Program-made: the position numbers and the translations under genes
The notes under the pieces: model-generated
Seen by the model: only the letters and a program-made list of their open reading frames with translations
Database searches by the model: none
What the model was told of the DNA's origin: nothing
Source of the DNA: Oscillospiraceae bacterium
Lineage (GTDB): Bacteria > Bacillota > Clostridia > Oscillospirales > Ruminococcaceae
NCBI GenBank assembly: GCA_017408855.1
Contig: JAFQTW010000069.1
Coordinates: forward strand, 5,858 to 69,857
DNA: 64,000 bases
Direction: 5' to 3'
Shown: positions 45,976 to 54,935 of the stretch, piece after piece
Layout: each line of letters starts with the position of its first letter
Position numbering within the stretch: the first letter of the stretch is position 1

Positions 45976-48408
45976 ATGAAAGAGAAACGGGGAACCTTTT
46001 TCACCTCGATGGCGACATTCATCGTAGACAAGCGGAATCTTTTCTTTCTGCTTTATATTTTCGCCGCCATTTTCTGTGTTTTTTCCATGGGATGGGTGCA
46101 GGTGGAAAACGATGTGACCAAATATCTGCCCGCCGAGACCGAGACCCGTCAGGGAATCGAGGCGATGAACGATAACTTCGAGACCTTTGGCATGGGACAG
46201 GTGATGGTCTCCAACATTACCTACGAGACCGCCGAAAAGCTCTACGAAGAGATGCTAAAGATCGAAGGGGTGACCATGGTCACCTTCGACAGCACCGCCG
46301 ACCACTGGAAGGATGCCTGCGCTTTATACGACGTCAACTTCGACGGCGGCAACTTTGACGAGGTGAGCCTTTCTGCCCTTTCCGAGATCGAAACGCTTCT
46401 GGCGGACTACGACACCTCCATTTACACGGCGGTGGGCTACGACGAAAACGCCATGCTCGATCAGGAGATGACCACCATTCTGGTGGTGGCGATCTTCATC
46501 ATTCTGGGCGTTCTGACCCTGACCTCCCGTTCCTATATGGAGATCCCTGTTTTGCTCATGACCTTTGGCGCTGCGGCGCTTTTGAATATGGGCACCAACT
46601 TTATGCTGGGCAAGATCAGCTTTATTTCCGACTCGGTCGCGGTGGTGCTGCAGCTGGCTTTGGCCATCGACTATGCCATCATCCTCTGCCACCGCTTCTC
46701 CGACGAGCATGAGACCAAAAACGCCCGGGAAGCGGCCATCGCCGCGCTGGCAAAAGCCATCCCCGAGATCGGCGCTTCGTCTTTGACCACCGTCAGCGGT
46801 CTGACGGCGCTGGGCTTTATGAAATTCGCCATCGGTCTGGACCTTGCCATGGTGCTGATCAAAGCGGTGCTGCTGAGCCTGCTGGCGGTCTTTACCCTGA
46901 TGCCCGGACTTTTGGTGCTGTTTTGCCCTCTGATCGACAAGACCCGCCACCGCAAATTGCTGCCCAACATCACACCGGTGGGCAAATTCGCCGTCCTTTC
47001 CCGACGGGTGGTGCCGCCTTTGTTCATCGTGATCCTGGCGGGCGCCTTCTTCCTTTCCTCCAACTGCCCCTATGCGTACAGCTACAACGATCTGCAGGCG
47101 ACCAAGATGACCGACCGGCAGTATGCTTATTTTGACATCAAAGAGGTCTTTGGCACCAGCAACATGGCGGCGGTACTGGTCCCGGTGGGGGACTATGAGG
47201 CGGAAGCGAGAGTGCTGGCGGACCTTTCCGAAATGCCGCAGGTGAAAAGCACCATGGGTCTTTCGGGCATCGAAGCCATGGACGGCTACAAGCTGACCGA
47301 CGCCTTAAATCCCCGGGAGATGAGCGAACTGGTGGGGATGGACTACGAGGTCATCCAGCTGTTGTACGCCACCTACGCGGCGGAATTTGAGCAGTACGGC
47401 GAAATTTTAAGCGGTCTCGAGGAATACGAGATCCCGCTGTTTGATATGTTTATCTTCCTCAAGGACCAGCTTCAGTCCCGCAACATCAACTTTACCGAGG
47501 GCGACCTTGCCATGGTCAACGACCTGTTCGACCAGCTGGAGATGGCCCAAAGCCAGATGCAGAGCAAGGAATACAGCCGTCTGGTGGTCTATCTGAACCT
47601 GCCCGAAGAGGGAGAAGAGACCTACGGTTTTCTCCAGACCATCCGTGACGTGGTGGGACGTTACTACGAAAGCGACTACTATGTGGTGGGAAACTCCACC
47701 TCCTCGCGGGATCTGTCCGCTTCTTTCGCCACCGATAACCTTTTGATCTCGGTGCTGTCCGCCTTTTTCGTCATCGTGGTCCTGCTGTTCACCTTCCAGT
47801 CGGCGGGACTGCCCCTCCTTCTCATCGTGGTCATTCAGGGCAGTATCTGGATCAACTTCTCCATTCCCACCATCACCGGAACGCCGCTGTACTTTTTGGG
47901 ATATTTGATCGCCAACGCCATCATGATGGGCGCCAACATCGACTACGCCATCGTGATCGCCAGCCATTATCAGGAAAGGAAGGCGCAGATGCCCCACAAA
48001 CAGGCCATCGTCCACGCCATGAACGCCTCCTTCCCTACGGTGTTCACCTCCGGAACCATCATGGCTTCGGCGGGTATGCTCATCGGCAACCTGTCGGCGC
48101 AGCCGGTGGTCTCCATCATGGGCATCTGCATCGGACGGGGAACCGTCATCTCGATCATCCTCGTTTTGTTCGTCCTGCCCGCCTTTCTGGTGCTGGGCGA
48201 CTCGATCATCGAGCGTACCCGCTTTCAGATCAAGGGCATCGAGCCCATCACCCGTAAAGCGTCCGGCACCGTCCGGGTCAAGGGACATGTGCGGGGCTAT
48301 GTTTCCGGTATGGTCGATGCGGATTTTGACGGTGTGATCCACGGTCAGGTGAATGCATCGGTAGCCACCGGTGCTGTTTTGGAGGAAGGAGGAAATGACC
48401 GTGCGTAA
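45976..48408 (+). CDS. MMPL/RND-superfamily transporter
   Basis: 810 aa. Two blocks of ~5-6 TM helices, each preceded by a large extracytoplasmic loop. Confidence 0.75.
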   Translation: MKEKRGTFFTSMATFIVDKRNLFFLLYIFAAIFCVFSMGWVQVENDVTKYLPAETETRQGIEAMNDNFETFGMGQVMVSNITYETAEKLYEEMLKIEGVTMVTFDSTADHWKDACALYDVNFDGGNFDEVSLSALSEIETLLADYDTSIYTAVGYDENAMLDQEMTTILVVAIFIILGVLTLTSRSYMEIPVLLMTFGAAALLNMGTNFMLGKISFISDSVAVVLQLALAIDYAIILCHRFSDEHETKNAREAAIAALAKAIPEIGASSLTTVSGLTALGFMKFAIGLDLAMVLIKAVLLSLLAVFTLMPGLLVLFCPLIDKTRHRKLLPNITPVGKFAVLSRRVVPPLFIVILAGAFFLSSNCPYAYSYNDLQATKMTDRQYAYFDIKEVFGTSNMAAVLVPVGDYEAEARVLADLSEMPQVKSTMGLSGIEAMDGYKLTDALNPREMSELVGMDYEVIQLLYATYAAEFEQYGEILSGLEEYEIPLFDMFIFLKDQLQSRNINFTEGDLAMVNDLFDQLEMAQSQMQSKEYSRLVVYLNLPEEGEETYGFLQTIRDVVGRYYESDYYVVGNSTSSRDLSASFATDNLLISVLSAFFVIVVLLFTFQSAGLPLLLIVVIQGSIWINFSIPTITGTPLYFLGYLIANAIMMGANIDYAIVIASHYQERKAQMPHKQAIVHAMNASFPTVFTSGTIMASAGMLIGNLSAQPVVSIMGICIGRGTVISIILVLFVLPAFLVLGDSIIERTRFQIKGIEPITRKASGTVRVKGHVRGYVSGMVDADFDGVIHGQVNASVATGAVLEEGGNDRA

Positions 48409-51196
48409 ACGAATTCTTTCTGTTTTGCTGGCTCTGGTGCTGGCCCTGTCCCTGACCGGCACGGCGTTTGCCGCGCCTGCCGCGGCGCAGCCGCAGGAGA
48501 CGGCGCTGACCCATTCGGTCAAGATCTCCTCCCCGCAGGATCTTTTGCGCTTTGCCGAAAGCTGCCGGATCGATTCCTTCAGCCGGAATCTGGAGGTCTC
48601 GCTGGAACAGGACATCGACCTGACCGGCGTTGATTTTAAAGGCATCCCCGTTTTCTGCGGGACCTTTCGGGGAAACAATCATACCATCAGCGGTCTCTCC
48701 CTCACCGGCGAAGGCTCGGTCCAGGGACTGTTCCGCTATCTGACCAAAACGGCGGTGGTGGAATCGCTGACCGTAAAAGGAACGGTCACCCCCGCCGGCA
48801 GCCGCAGCACCGTTGGCGGCATCGCCGGTGAAAACGCCGGGCAGATCCTCAACTGCGGCTTTTCCGGGACCGTTTCCGGCGCGGAGCAGGTCGGCGGTCT
48901 GGCGGGTCGGAACACCGTCTCCGGTCTCATCGAAGGCTGCCGTGTGCTGGGCGAGGTATATGGCGACCACTTTGTGGGCGGCGCTGCCGGCGAAAACGCC
49001 GGTGTCATCCGCCGATGCACCAACCGGGCAAAGATCAACACCGCTCCCCAGCAAAATGAGGTGGAGCTTTCGGATATCACCATTGAATCGCTGACCGATT
49101 CCGAGTCGGCTAACACCGTGACCGACATCGGCGGCATCGCCGGCACCAGCACCGGTGTCATCCGCGGCTGCAAAAACGCCGGGGACGTGGGCTACCGTCA
49201 TATGGGCTACAACATCGGCGGCATCGCCGGAACCCAGTCGGGCACCGTGATCGACTGCGAAAACAGCGGCAATGTTCAGGGAAGAAAAGAAGTGGGCGGC
49301 ATCGTCGGTCAGATGGAACCGGCCTCCCGCATCATTTTTGAAGAAGACACCCTCCAGATCCTGGAGCGGCAGCTGAATGCCCTCAGCGGGACCGTCAACC
49401 AAACGGTCAGCAGCGTTCAGACCGGCGCGCAGGAGGTCCGCGGCGAGGTCAACGAGCTGAAACATCATGTGGATGCTGCCGGAGACGCGGTGGAGACCCT
49501 CACCGATGAGGTGGGCACCTATGTGGAAGAACTGGACAAGATCGACTGGTCCGAGCTGCTGCCCGAGCCTGAGCTGCCCCAGCTTCCCGGCGAAGGGGAA
49601 GAGCCGGACATCGACCTCGACCTGCCGGAGGCAGACCTCGACGGGATCGAGCTGCCCGATTCGGACCGGCTCATCGCCGCCTCCAACGGGCTGAGCAGCA
49701 GCCTTTCCCGCATGACCGCCAGCCTGTGGGACATTAACGAGACCACCCAGTCCGCCTTTGGCAGCCTGTCCAACGATCTGTACCGGGTGCAGGATCAGCT
49801 GGATGCCATGCGCGCCACCCTCGGCAACGCGGCCGAGACCACCGGCGGCTCGGTGGCAGATGTTTCGGATCAGGATATCCCCGAGGATCTGACCGGCAAG
49901 GTGCAAAGCTGTCTGAACCGGGGCAGCGTGCTGGCTGACGTCAACGCCGGCGGTATCGCCGGTGCCATGGCAATGGAAAACGATCTGGACCCCGAGGACG
50001 ATTGGGACATTGTGGGAGACAACTCCCTGAATTTTGAAAGCGAGCTGCGCGCGGTGATCCTGTCCTGCCGCAATGAGGGAACGGTCACCGTTCGCCGGCA
50101 GAACGGCGGCGGCATCGCCGGATGGCAGTCGCTGGGTCTGGTGAAAGACTGTCTCAACACCGGTACCGCAGACTGCGGCGGCGCCCAGTATGTGGGCGGC
50201 ATCGTCGGTCAGGCAAGTGGATTTGTGCGCCATAACCATGTAAAATGCCGTGTCCGCGGGGCAGCGCTGGTAGGCGGCATCGCCGGCAGCGCTTCGACCG
50301 TGACCGACTGCCATGCCATCGTTCTCATCGAGGATGCGGTGGAAAAAGCCGGCGCCATTTTGGGTCAGCGGCAGCAGACCGACCGGGAAGAGCCGATCAA
50401 AGAGAACTACTATCTGGCGGTGGATGCCGATCACGGCGCCATCGACGGCATCAGCTACGAGGGACTGGCCCAAAGCCTGACCCGGCTGCAGTTCTTTGCG
50501 CTGGACGACACGCCCGAAGAGATGAGAACGGTCACCGTCCGCTTTGTTTACGAAAGCGGCGCCGAGCGGCGGATCTATCTGCGCCCCGGCGACGACCTTC
50601 TGTACAGCCAGATCCCCTCCATCCCCCAGCGGGAAGGGTACAACGCCTACTGGGAGGGTCTCGACGAGGCAAATCTGGTGGATGTGACCTTTGATATGAC
50701 CTTCCATGCGGTCTATGCCGACTATGACGGGGTGCTGCAGAGCGACCTTTGCGACGATGCGGGACGTCCCGTTCTGCTGGTGCAGGGCAGCTTTTCGCCC
50801 GCCGCCCGCCTGACGGTGTCTCCTTCGGCGGTATCGCCGCAGCTGAGCGAAAAACAAAGTCTGCTGCAAAGCTGGAGCGTTCAGCTCAGCGAAGGAGAAA
50901 AGGCGGAGAAGGTCCGTCTGCAAAAGCCTTCGCAGGAAGAAAACGCCGCCCTCCTGCTGTTCACCGCAGCGGCGGACGGCAGCTGGCAGCAGACCGATTA
51001 TACGGTCAGCGGAAGCTATCTGGTCTTTGCGCCGGCAGGCAATAACAGCATGATCGCGCTGGTCAGCGAAAGGGAAGTTCCTCTTTTGCCGGCGGTGCTG
51101 GCAGCCGCAGCCGGGGCGCTGGTCCTGCTGATCCTGGCGGGACAGCTGATGCGCCGCAAAAAGAAGAAACCCGCGTCCGCAAAAGTAGAAAAATAA
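48395..51196 (+). CDS. GLUG-motif repeat surface protein with signal peptide and C-terminal TM anchor
   Basis: MTVRKRILSVLLALVLALSLTGTAFAAPA signal. About ten VGGIAG-type GLUG motifs. Central acidic stretch EPELPQLPGEGEEPDIDLDLPEADLDGIELPDSD. C-terminal hydrophobic helix followed by RRKKKK. The start overlaps the MMPL stop by 14 nt. Confidence 0.7.
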   Translation: MTVRKRILSVLLALVLALSLTGTAFAAPAAAQPQETALTHSVKISSPQDLLRFAESCRIDSFSRNLEVSLEQDIDLTGVDFKGIPVFCGTFRGNNHTISGLSLTGEGSVQGLFRYLTKTAVVESLTVKGTVTPAGSRSTVGGIAGENAGQILNCGFSGTVSGAEQVGGLAGRNTVSGLIEGCRVLGEVYGDHFVGGAAGENAGVIRRCTNRAKINTAPQQNEVELSDITIESLTDSESANTVTDIGGIAGTSTGVIRGCKNAGDVGYRHMGYNIGGIAGTQSGTVIDCENSGNVQGRKEVGGIVGQMEPASRIIFEEDTLQILERQLNALSGTVNQTVSSVQTGAQEVRGEVNELKHHVDAAGDAVETLTDEVGTYVEELDKIDWSELLPEPELPQLPGEGEEPDIDLDLPEADLDGIELPDSDRLIAASNGLSSSLSRMTASLWDINETTQSAFGSLSNDLYRVQDQLDAMRATLGNAAETTGGSVADVSDQDIPEDLTGKVQSCLNRGSVLADVNAGGIAGAMAMENDLDPEDDWDIVGDNSLNFESELRAVILSCRNEGTVTVRRQNGGGIAGWQSLGLVKDCLNTGTADCGGAQYVGGIVGQASGFVRHNHVKCRVRGAALVGGIAGSASTVTDCHAIVLIEDAVEKAGAILGQRQQTDREEPIKENYYLAVDADHGAIDGISYEGLAQSLTRLQFFALDDTPEEMRTVTVRFVYESGAERRIYLRPGDDLLYSQIPSIPQREGYNAYWEGLDEANLVDVTFDMTFHAVYADYDGVLQSDLCDDAGRPVLLVQGSFSPAARLTVSPSAVSPQLSEKQSLLQSWSVQLSEGEKAEKVRLQKPSQEENAALLLFTAAADGSWQQTDYTVSGSYLVFAPAGNNSMIALVSEREVPLLPAVLAAAAGALVLLILAGQLMRRKKKKPASAKVEK

Positions 51197-51200
51197 CCGA

Positions 51201-51238
51201 AAAAGCGGCTTTCCAAACCGGAAAAGCCGCTTTTCTTT
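51201..51238 (+). terminator. terminator
   Basis: GCGGCTTTCC-aaacc-GGAAAAGCCGC followed by TTTT. Confidence 0.6.
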
Positions 51239-51300
51239 GGCAATTTGATACAGGAAAATCCGGAAAACTTATGAAATGCGATAAAATTAACAGAGTCCTC

Positions 51301-51329
51301 TTGCAAAAACTTGAAATCATCGGTATAAT
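51301..51329 (+). promoter_or_regulatory. promoter of pckG
   Basis: TTGCAA, 17-nt spacer, TATAAT. Confidence 0.5.
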
Positions 51330-51423
51330 GGTAAACGTGGGAAGTTTGGATTTTATAAGACAAACCTTCCGGATGAACGTAAAATGACCGGCTGATGACC
51401 GGTTCGAAAGGAGCGCTAATAGT

Positions 51424-53205
51424 ATGGCACTGACCAACAACCCCAATGTGTTGAAATGGCTTGATGAGATGATCGCGCTGACCACTCCGGACAAAGTAGT
51501 CTGGATCGACGGCAGCGAGGAACAGCTGAAAGCTCTGAAAGAAGAAGCAATCGCTACCGGCGAGATGATCGAACTCAATCAGGAAAAACTCCCCGGCTGT
51601 CTGTACCACCGTACCGAGCCGAACGACGTTGCCCGTGTAGAGGACAGAACTTTCATCTGCTCCCGCAATAAAGAGGATGCCGGCCCCACCAACAACTGGT
51701 GTGACCCCAAAGAGATGTATGCAAAACTGACCCCCATGTATAACGGCGTAATGAAAGGCCGTACTATGTACGTCATTCCTTACACCATGGGCCCCATCGG
51801 TTCTGTTATGACCAAAGTCGGCGTTGAGCTGACCGACTCCATCTACGTTGTTCTGAACATGGACATCATGACCCGTATGGGCACCCGTGCTTTCGAGCAG
51901 CTGGGCGACGAGTCCAACGACTTTGTACGCGGCCTGCACTCCAAAGCAAACGTAGACCCCGAGAACCGCTACATCGTACACTTCCCCGAGGATAATGCGA
52001 TCTGGTCCATCAACTCTGCATACGGCGGCAACGTACTGCTGGGCAAAAAATGCTTCGCGCTGCGTATCGCTTCCTACCAGGGCAAAAACGAGGGCTGGAT
52101 GGCTGAGCATATGCTCATTCTGGGTATCGAGAATCCCCAGGGCGAGGTAAAATATATCACCGCTGCATTCCCCTCTGCCTGCGGCAAAACCAACCTGGCA
52201 ATGCTGATCCCGCCCGAGATCTACAAAGAGAAGGGCTACAAAGTTTGGACTGTCGGCGATGATATCGCCTGGATGCGTCAGGGTCCCGACGGCCGTCTGT
52301 GGGCGATCAACCCCGAGAACGGCTTCTTCGGCGTAGCACCCGGCACCAACGAGAACTCCAACTTCAATGCGCTGGAGTCCACCAAGAAAAACACCATCTT
52401 CACCAACGTTGCCATCAACAACGATGACATGACCGTTTGGTGGGAGAAACTGGACAAGAATCCCCCCGAGAATGCAACCGAGTGGAAGGGCGCAAAAGTA
52501 AACGGCAAAGAGTATGTGGCTGAGGGCAACAAACTGGCTCATCCCAACTCCCGTTTCACCGCTCCCGCCATCAACTGCCCCTGCATCTCCGATAAATTCA
52601 ACGATCCTCAGGGCGTGCCGATCTCTGCCATCATCTTCGGCGGACGTCGTGCGAAGACCGCTCCCCTGGTATACCAGGCAAGAGACTGGCAGCACGGTGT
52701 ATTCGTAGGCTCCATCATGGCTTCTGAGACCACCGCTGCCGCTGCCGGCGCTGTTGGCGTTGTAAGACGTGACCCCATGGCAATGCTGCCCTTCTGCGGC
52801 TACCACATGGGCGACTACTTCCAGCACTGGCTCGACATGGGCGAGAAACTGGGCGAGAACGCTCCCAAGATCTTCAACGTTAACTGGTTCAGAACCGACG
52901 ATGAAGGCAACTTCATCTGGCCGGGCTTCGGCGACAACATGCGCGTTCTGATGTGGATCCTGGATCGCTGCGAAGGCAAAGCAGATGCTGTTGAGACCGC
53001 CATCGGCTACGAGCCCAAAGCAGAGGACATCAACATCGAGGGTCTGGATATTGACCTCGAGGTTGTAAAAGGTCTGCTGGATGTTGACAAGGATCTGTGG
53101 AAAGAAGATGCTGCCGGCATCGAGGAATTCTACAAAAAGTTTGGCGACAGACTCCCCAAAGAGCTGAAAGCCGAGCTGGAGACCCTGAAAAAGAATCTGG
53201 ACTAA
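51424..53205 (+). CDS. pckG: phosphoenolpyruvate carboxykinase (GTP)
   Basis: 593 aa. Typical GTP-PEPCK sequence (FPSACGKTNLAML P-loop, NPENGFFGVAPGT). Confidence 0.95.
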   Translation: MALTNNPNVLKWLDEMIALTTPDKVVWIDGSEEQLKALKEEAIATGEMIELNQEKLPGCLYHRTEPNDVARVEDRTFICSRNKEDAGPTNNWCDPKEMYAKLTPMYNGVMKGRTMYVIPYTMGPIGSVMTKVGVELTDSIYVVLNMDIMTRMGTRAFEQLGDESNDFVRGLHSKANVDPENRYIVHFPEDNAIWSINSAYGGNVLLGKKCFALRIASYQGKNEGWMAEHMLILGIENPQGEVKYITAAFPSACGKTNLAMLIPPEIYKEKGYKVWTVGDDIAWMRQGPDGRLWAINPENGFFGVAPGTNENSNFNALESTKKNTIFTNVAINNDDMTVWWEKLDKNPPENATEWKGAKVNGKEYVAEGNKLAHPNSRFTAPAINCPCISDKFNDPQGVPISAIIFGGRRAKTAPLVYQARDWQHGVFVGSIMASETTAAAAGAVGVVRRDPMAMLPFCGYHMGDYFQHWLDMGEKLGENAPKIFNVNWFRTDDEGNFIWPGFGDNMRVLMWILDRCEGKADAVETAIGYEPKAEDINIEGLDIDLEVVKGLLDVDKDLWKEDAAGIEEFYKKFGDRLPKELKAELETLKKNLD

Positions 53206-53217
53206 TTCCTGATGTTT

Positions 53218-53248
53218 CGAAAAGCCCCGGTTTCCGGGGCTTTTCTTC
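53218..53248 (+). terminator. terminator after pckG
   Basis: AAGCCCCGG-ttt-CCGGGGCTT followed by TT. Confidence 0.55.
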
Positions 53249-53267
53249 CTTTTGAAAGGAGCACGTT

Positions 53268-53393
53268 ATGAGTGACTACGCAAAAAATATGTGGAAGGCC
53301 ATTGCCGCGATCGTGACCGTTTCCTGCGGCGCGGCCTGCTTCATCCTGTCGGTACTGGGTGCTGTTTGGATGATCGGCAAAAAAGAGCAGTAA
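53268..53393 (+). CDS. 41-aa single-TM small protein
   Basis: MSDYAKNMWKAIAAIVTVSCGAACFILSVLGAVWMIGKKEQ. GAAAGGAG RBS 7 nt upstream. Bracketed by two terminators. Below the track cutoff. Confidence 0.45.
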   Translation: MSDYAKNMWKAIAAIVTVSCGAACFILSVLGAVWMIGKKEQ

Positions 53394-53422
53394 AAAAGGC
53401 GGCGTAAGAGCGCCGCTTTTTG
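53394..53422 (+). terminator. terminator
   Basis: GCGGCG-taagag-CGCCGC followed by TTTTT. Confidence 0.55.
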
Positions 53423-53565
53423 CATTATTTCTAATGGATTTTACCGATTATTAACTGAAAAAACCCTGTTTTAAAGCGGTTTTCCCTTGTCTTTCCGGGT
53501 ATAAATGTTATAATGAGTCTAAATTCCATGCTTTTTCAACGTTTATGAAACGAGGTGACTTTGCT

Positions 53566-54921
53566 GTGAAGATCGTGATCGCCGGCGACGGTAAGGTCGG
53601 CGCCGCGCTGACCCGACAGCTTTCCGCCGAAGGATATGACCTGACGGTCATTGACAACGATGCACAGGTGCTGGATAATACCAGCGAAAAATACGATATC
53701 CTCGCAGTACACGGCAACTGCGCTGCAATGCAGACCCTGCAGGATGCCGGGATCGAGGACGCGGATCTTTTGATCGCGGTGACCAGTGCGGACGAGATCA
53801 ACCTGCTGTGCTGTATGACAGCCCACGGTATGAATCCCAATCTGCACACCATCGCCCGCATCCGCAACCCCGAATACACCGAACAGATCTATAAAATGCG
53901 CGAGCTGTTCGCCCTGTCCATGATCGTGAACCCCGAGCGGCAGGCGGCGGCAGAGATCGAGCGCCTGATCAAATATCCGGGCTTTTTAAAGAGAGAGTCC
54001 TTTGCCAAAGGCCGCCTTGAGATCGTGGAGCTGCGTCTGGAGGCCGGCAGCCCCCTGTGCAATTTGTCTTTGAGCCAGATGAATGAGTTTCTGCGCTGCA
54101 AGGTGCTGGTCTGCGCCGTTATCCGAAACGGCGAGTCGGTGACCCCCGGCGGTTACTTCGTCCTGCGTGAGGGCGACCGCCTGTTCGTTACCGCTCCTAC
54201 CAACAACCTGGCGGTCCTGTTGAAAAGCATGAACATCGAGATCCGCAAGGTCAGCAAGGTCATCATCGCCGGCGGCGGACGTGCCAGCTTCTATCTGGCA
54301 CAGCGGCTGCAGCACAGCGGCATTTCGGTGCATCTCATCGAAAAAGAAGAAGAGCGCTGCCTGCAGCTGGCGGAAATGCTGCCGGACATCAGCGTGATCT
54401 ATGGAGATGCCAGCGATATGAGCCTTTTGGAAAGCGAGGGTCTTGACCAGTGCGATGCAATGGTCGCCCTGACCGGCTTTGACGAGACCAACATCATCAT
54501 GTCCCTGTACGCCAAAAGCCACGGCGTGCCGCAGGTCATCACCAAGGTCGGACGAATGGATTCCACCATCCGCAACACCCTTTCGCTGGACAGCGTGATC
54601 AGTCCCCGTGAGCTGTGCTCCAACGCCATCGTCCAGTATGTCCGCGCCCTGCAGAACCAGAGCGGCGCCGCCCTGTCGGTCCACTCCATTGCCGACGGAC
54701 AGGCCGAGGCCATCGAGTTCCGGGTGGAGCTGGATACCCTGCACTGCAACGAGCCGCTGAAGAAGATCCGCCTGCGCCGCAACATCCTGATCGCCGGTAT
54801 TTCCCGCCGGGGCCGTGTTGAGATCCCCAACGGTGAATCGTCCTATCTGCCCGGCGACAGCCTGGTCATCGTGACCAGCGGCGACACGGTCATCCATCAG
54901 CTGAATGATATCTTTATTTAA
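53566..54921 (+). CDS. trkA: Trk potassium uptake system NAD-binding subunit TrkA
   Basis: Two RCK tandems (KIVIAGDGKVG and KVIIAGGGRASF). I prefer GTG 53566, after GAGGTGA, over ATG 53545. Confidence 0.9.
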   Translation: MKIVIAGDGKVGAALTRQLSAEGYDLTVIDNDAQVLDNTSEKYDILAVHGNCAAMQTLQDAGIEDADLLIAVTSADEINLLCCMTAHGMNPNLHTIARIRNPEYTEQIYKMRELFALSMIVNPERQAAAEIERLIKYPGFLKRESFAKGRLEIVELRLEAGSPLCNLSLSQMNEFLRCKVLVCAVIRNGESVTPGGYFVLREGDRLFVTAPTNNLAVLLKSMNIEIRKVSKVIIAGGGRASFYLAQRLQHSGISVHLIEKEEERCLQLAEMLPDISVIYGDASDMSLLESEGLDQCDAMVALTGFDETNIIMSLYAKSHGVPQVITKVGRMDSTIRNTLSLDSVISPRELCSNAIVQYVRALQNQSGAALSVHSIADGQAEAIEFRVELDTLHCNEPLKKIRLRRNILIAGISRRGRVEIPNGESSYLPGDSLVIVTSGDTVIHQLNDIFI

Positions 54922-54935
54922 CGGGAGAATCTGCT

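Noticed and set aside
48278-50923. 881-aa minus-strand ORF antisense to the GLUG-repeat gene. The same applies to 51016-52827 (antisense to pckG), 59947-62445 (antisense to nrdD) and 62454-63917.
   Set aside because: These are antisense shadows of well-supported genes in GC-rich, codon-biased DNA. None has independent start or RBS support.
53426-53565. c-di-AMP (ydaO-type) riboswitch upstream of trkA
   Set aside because: The region is short, AT-rich and contains a plain promoter. I could not find the paired GC-rich helices or conserved ACGGGG-type motifs expected for that riboswitch.
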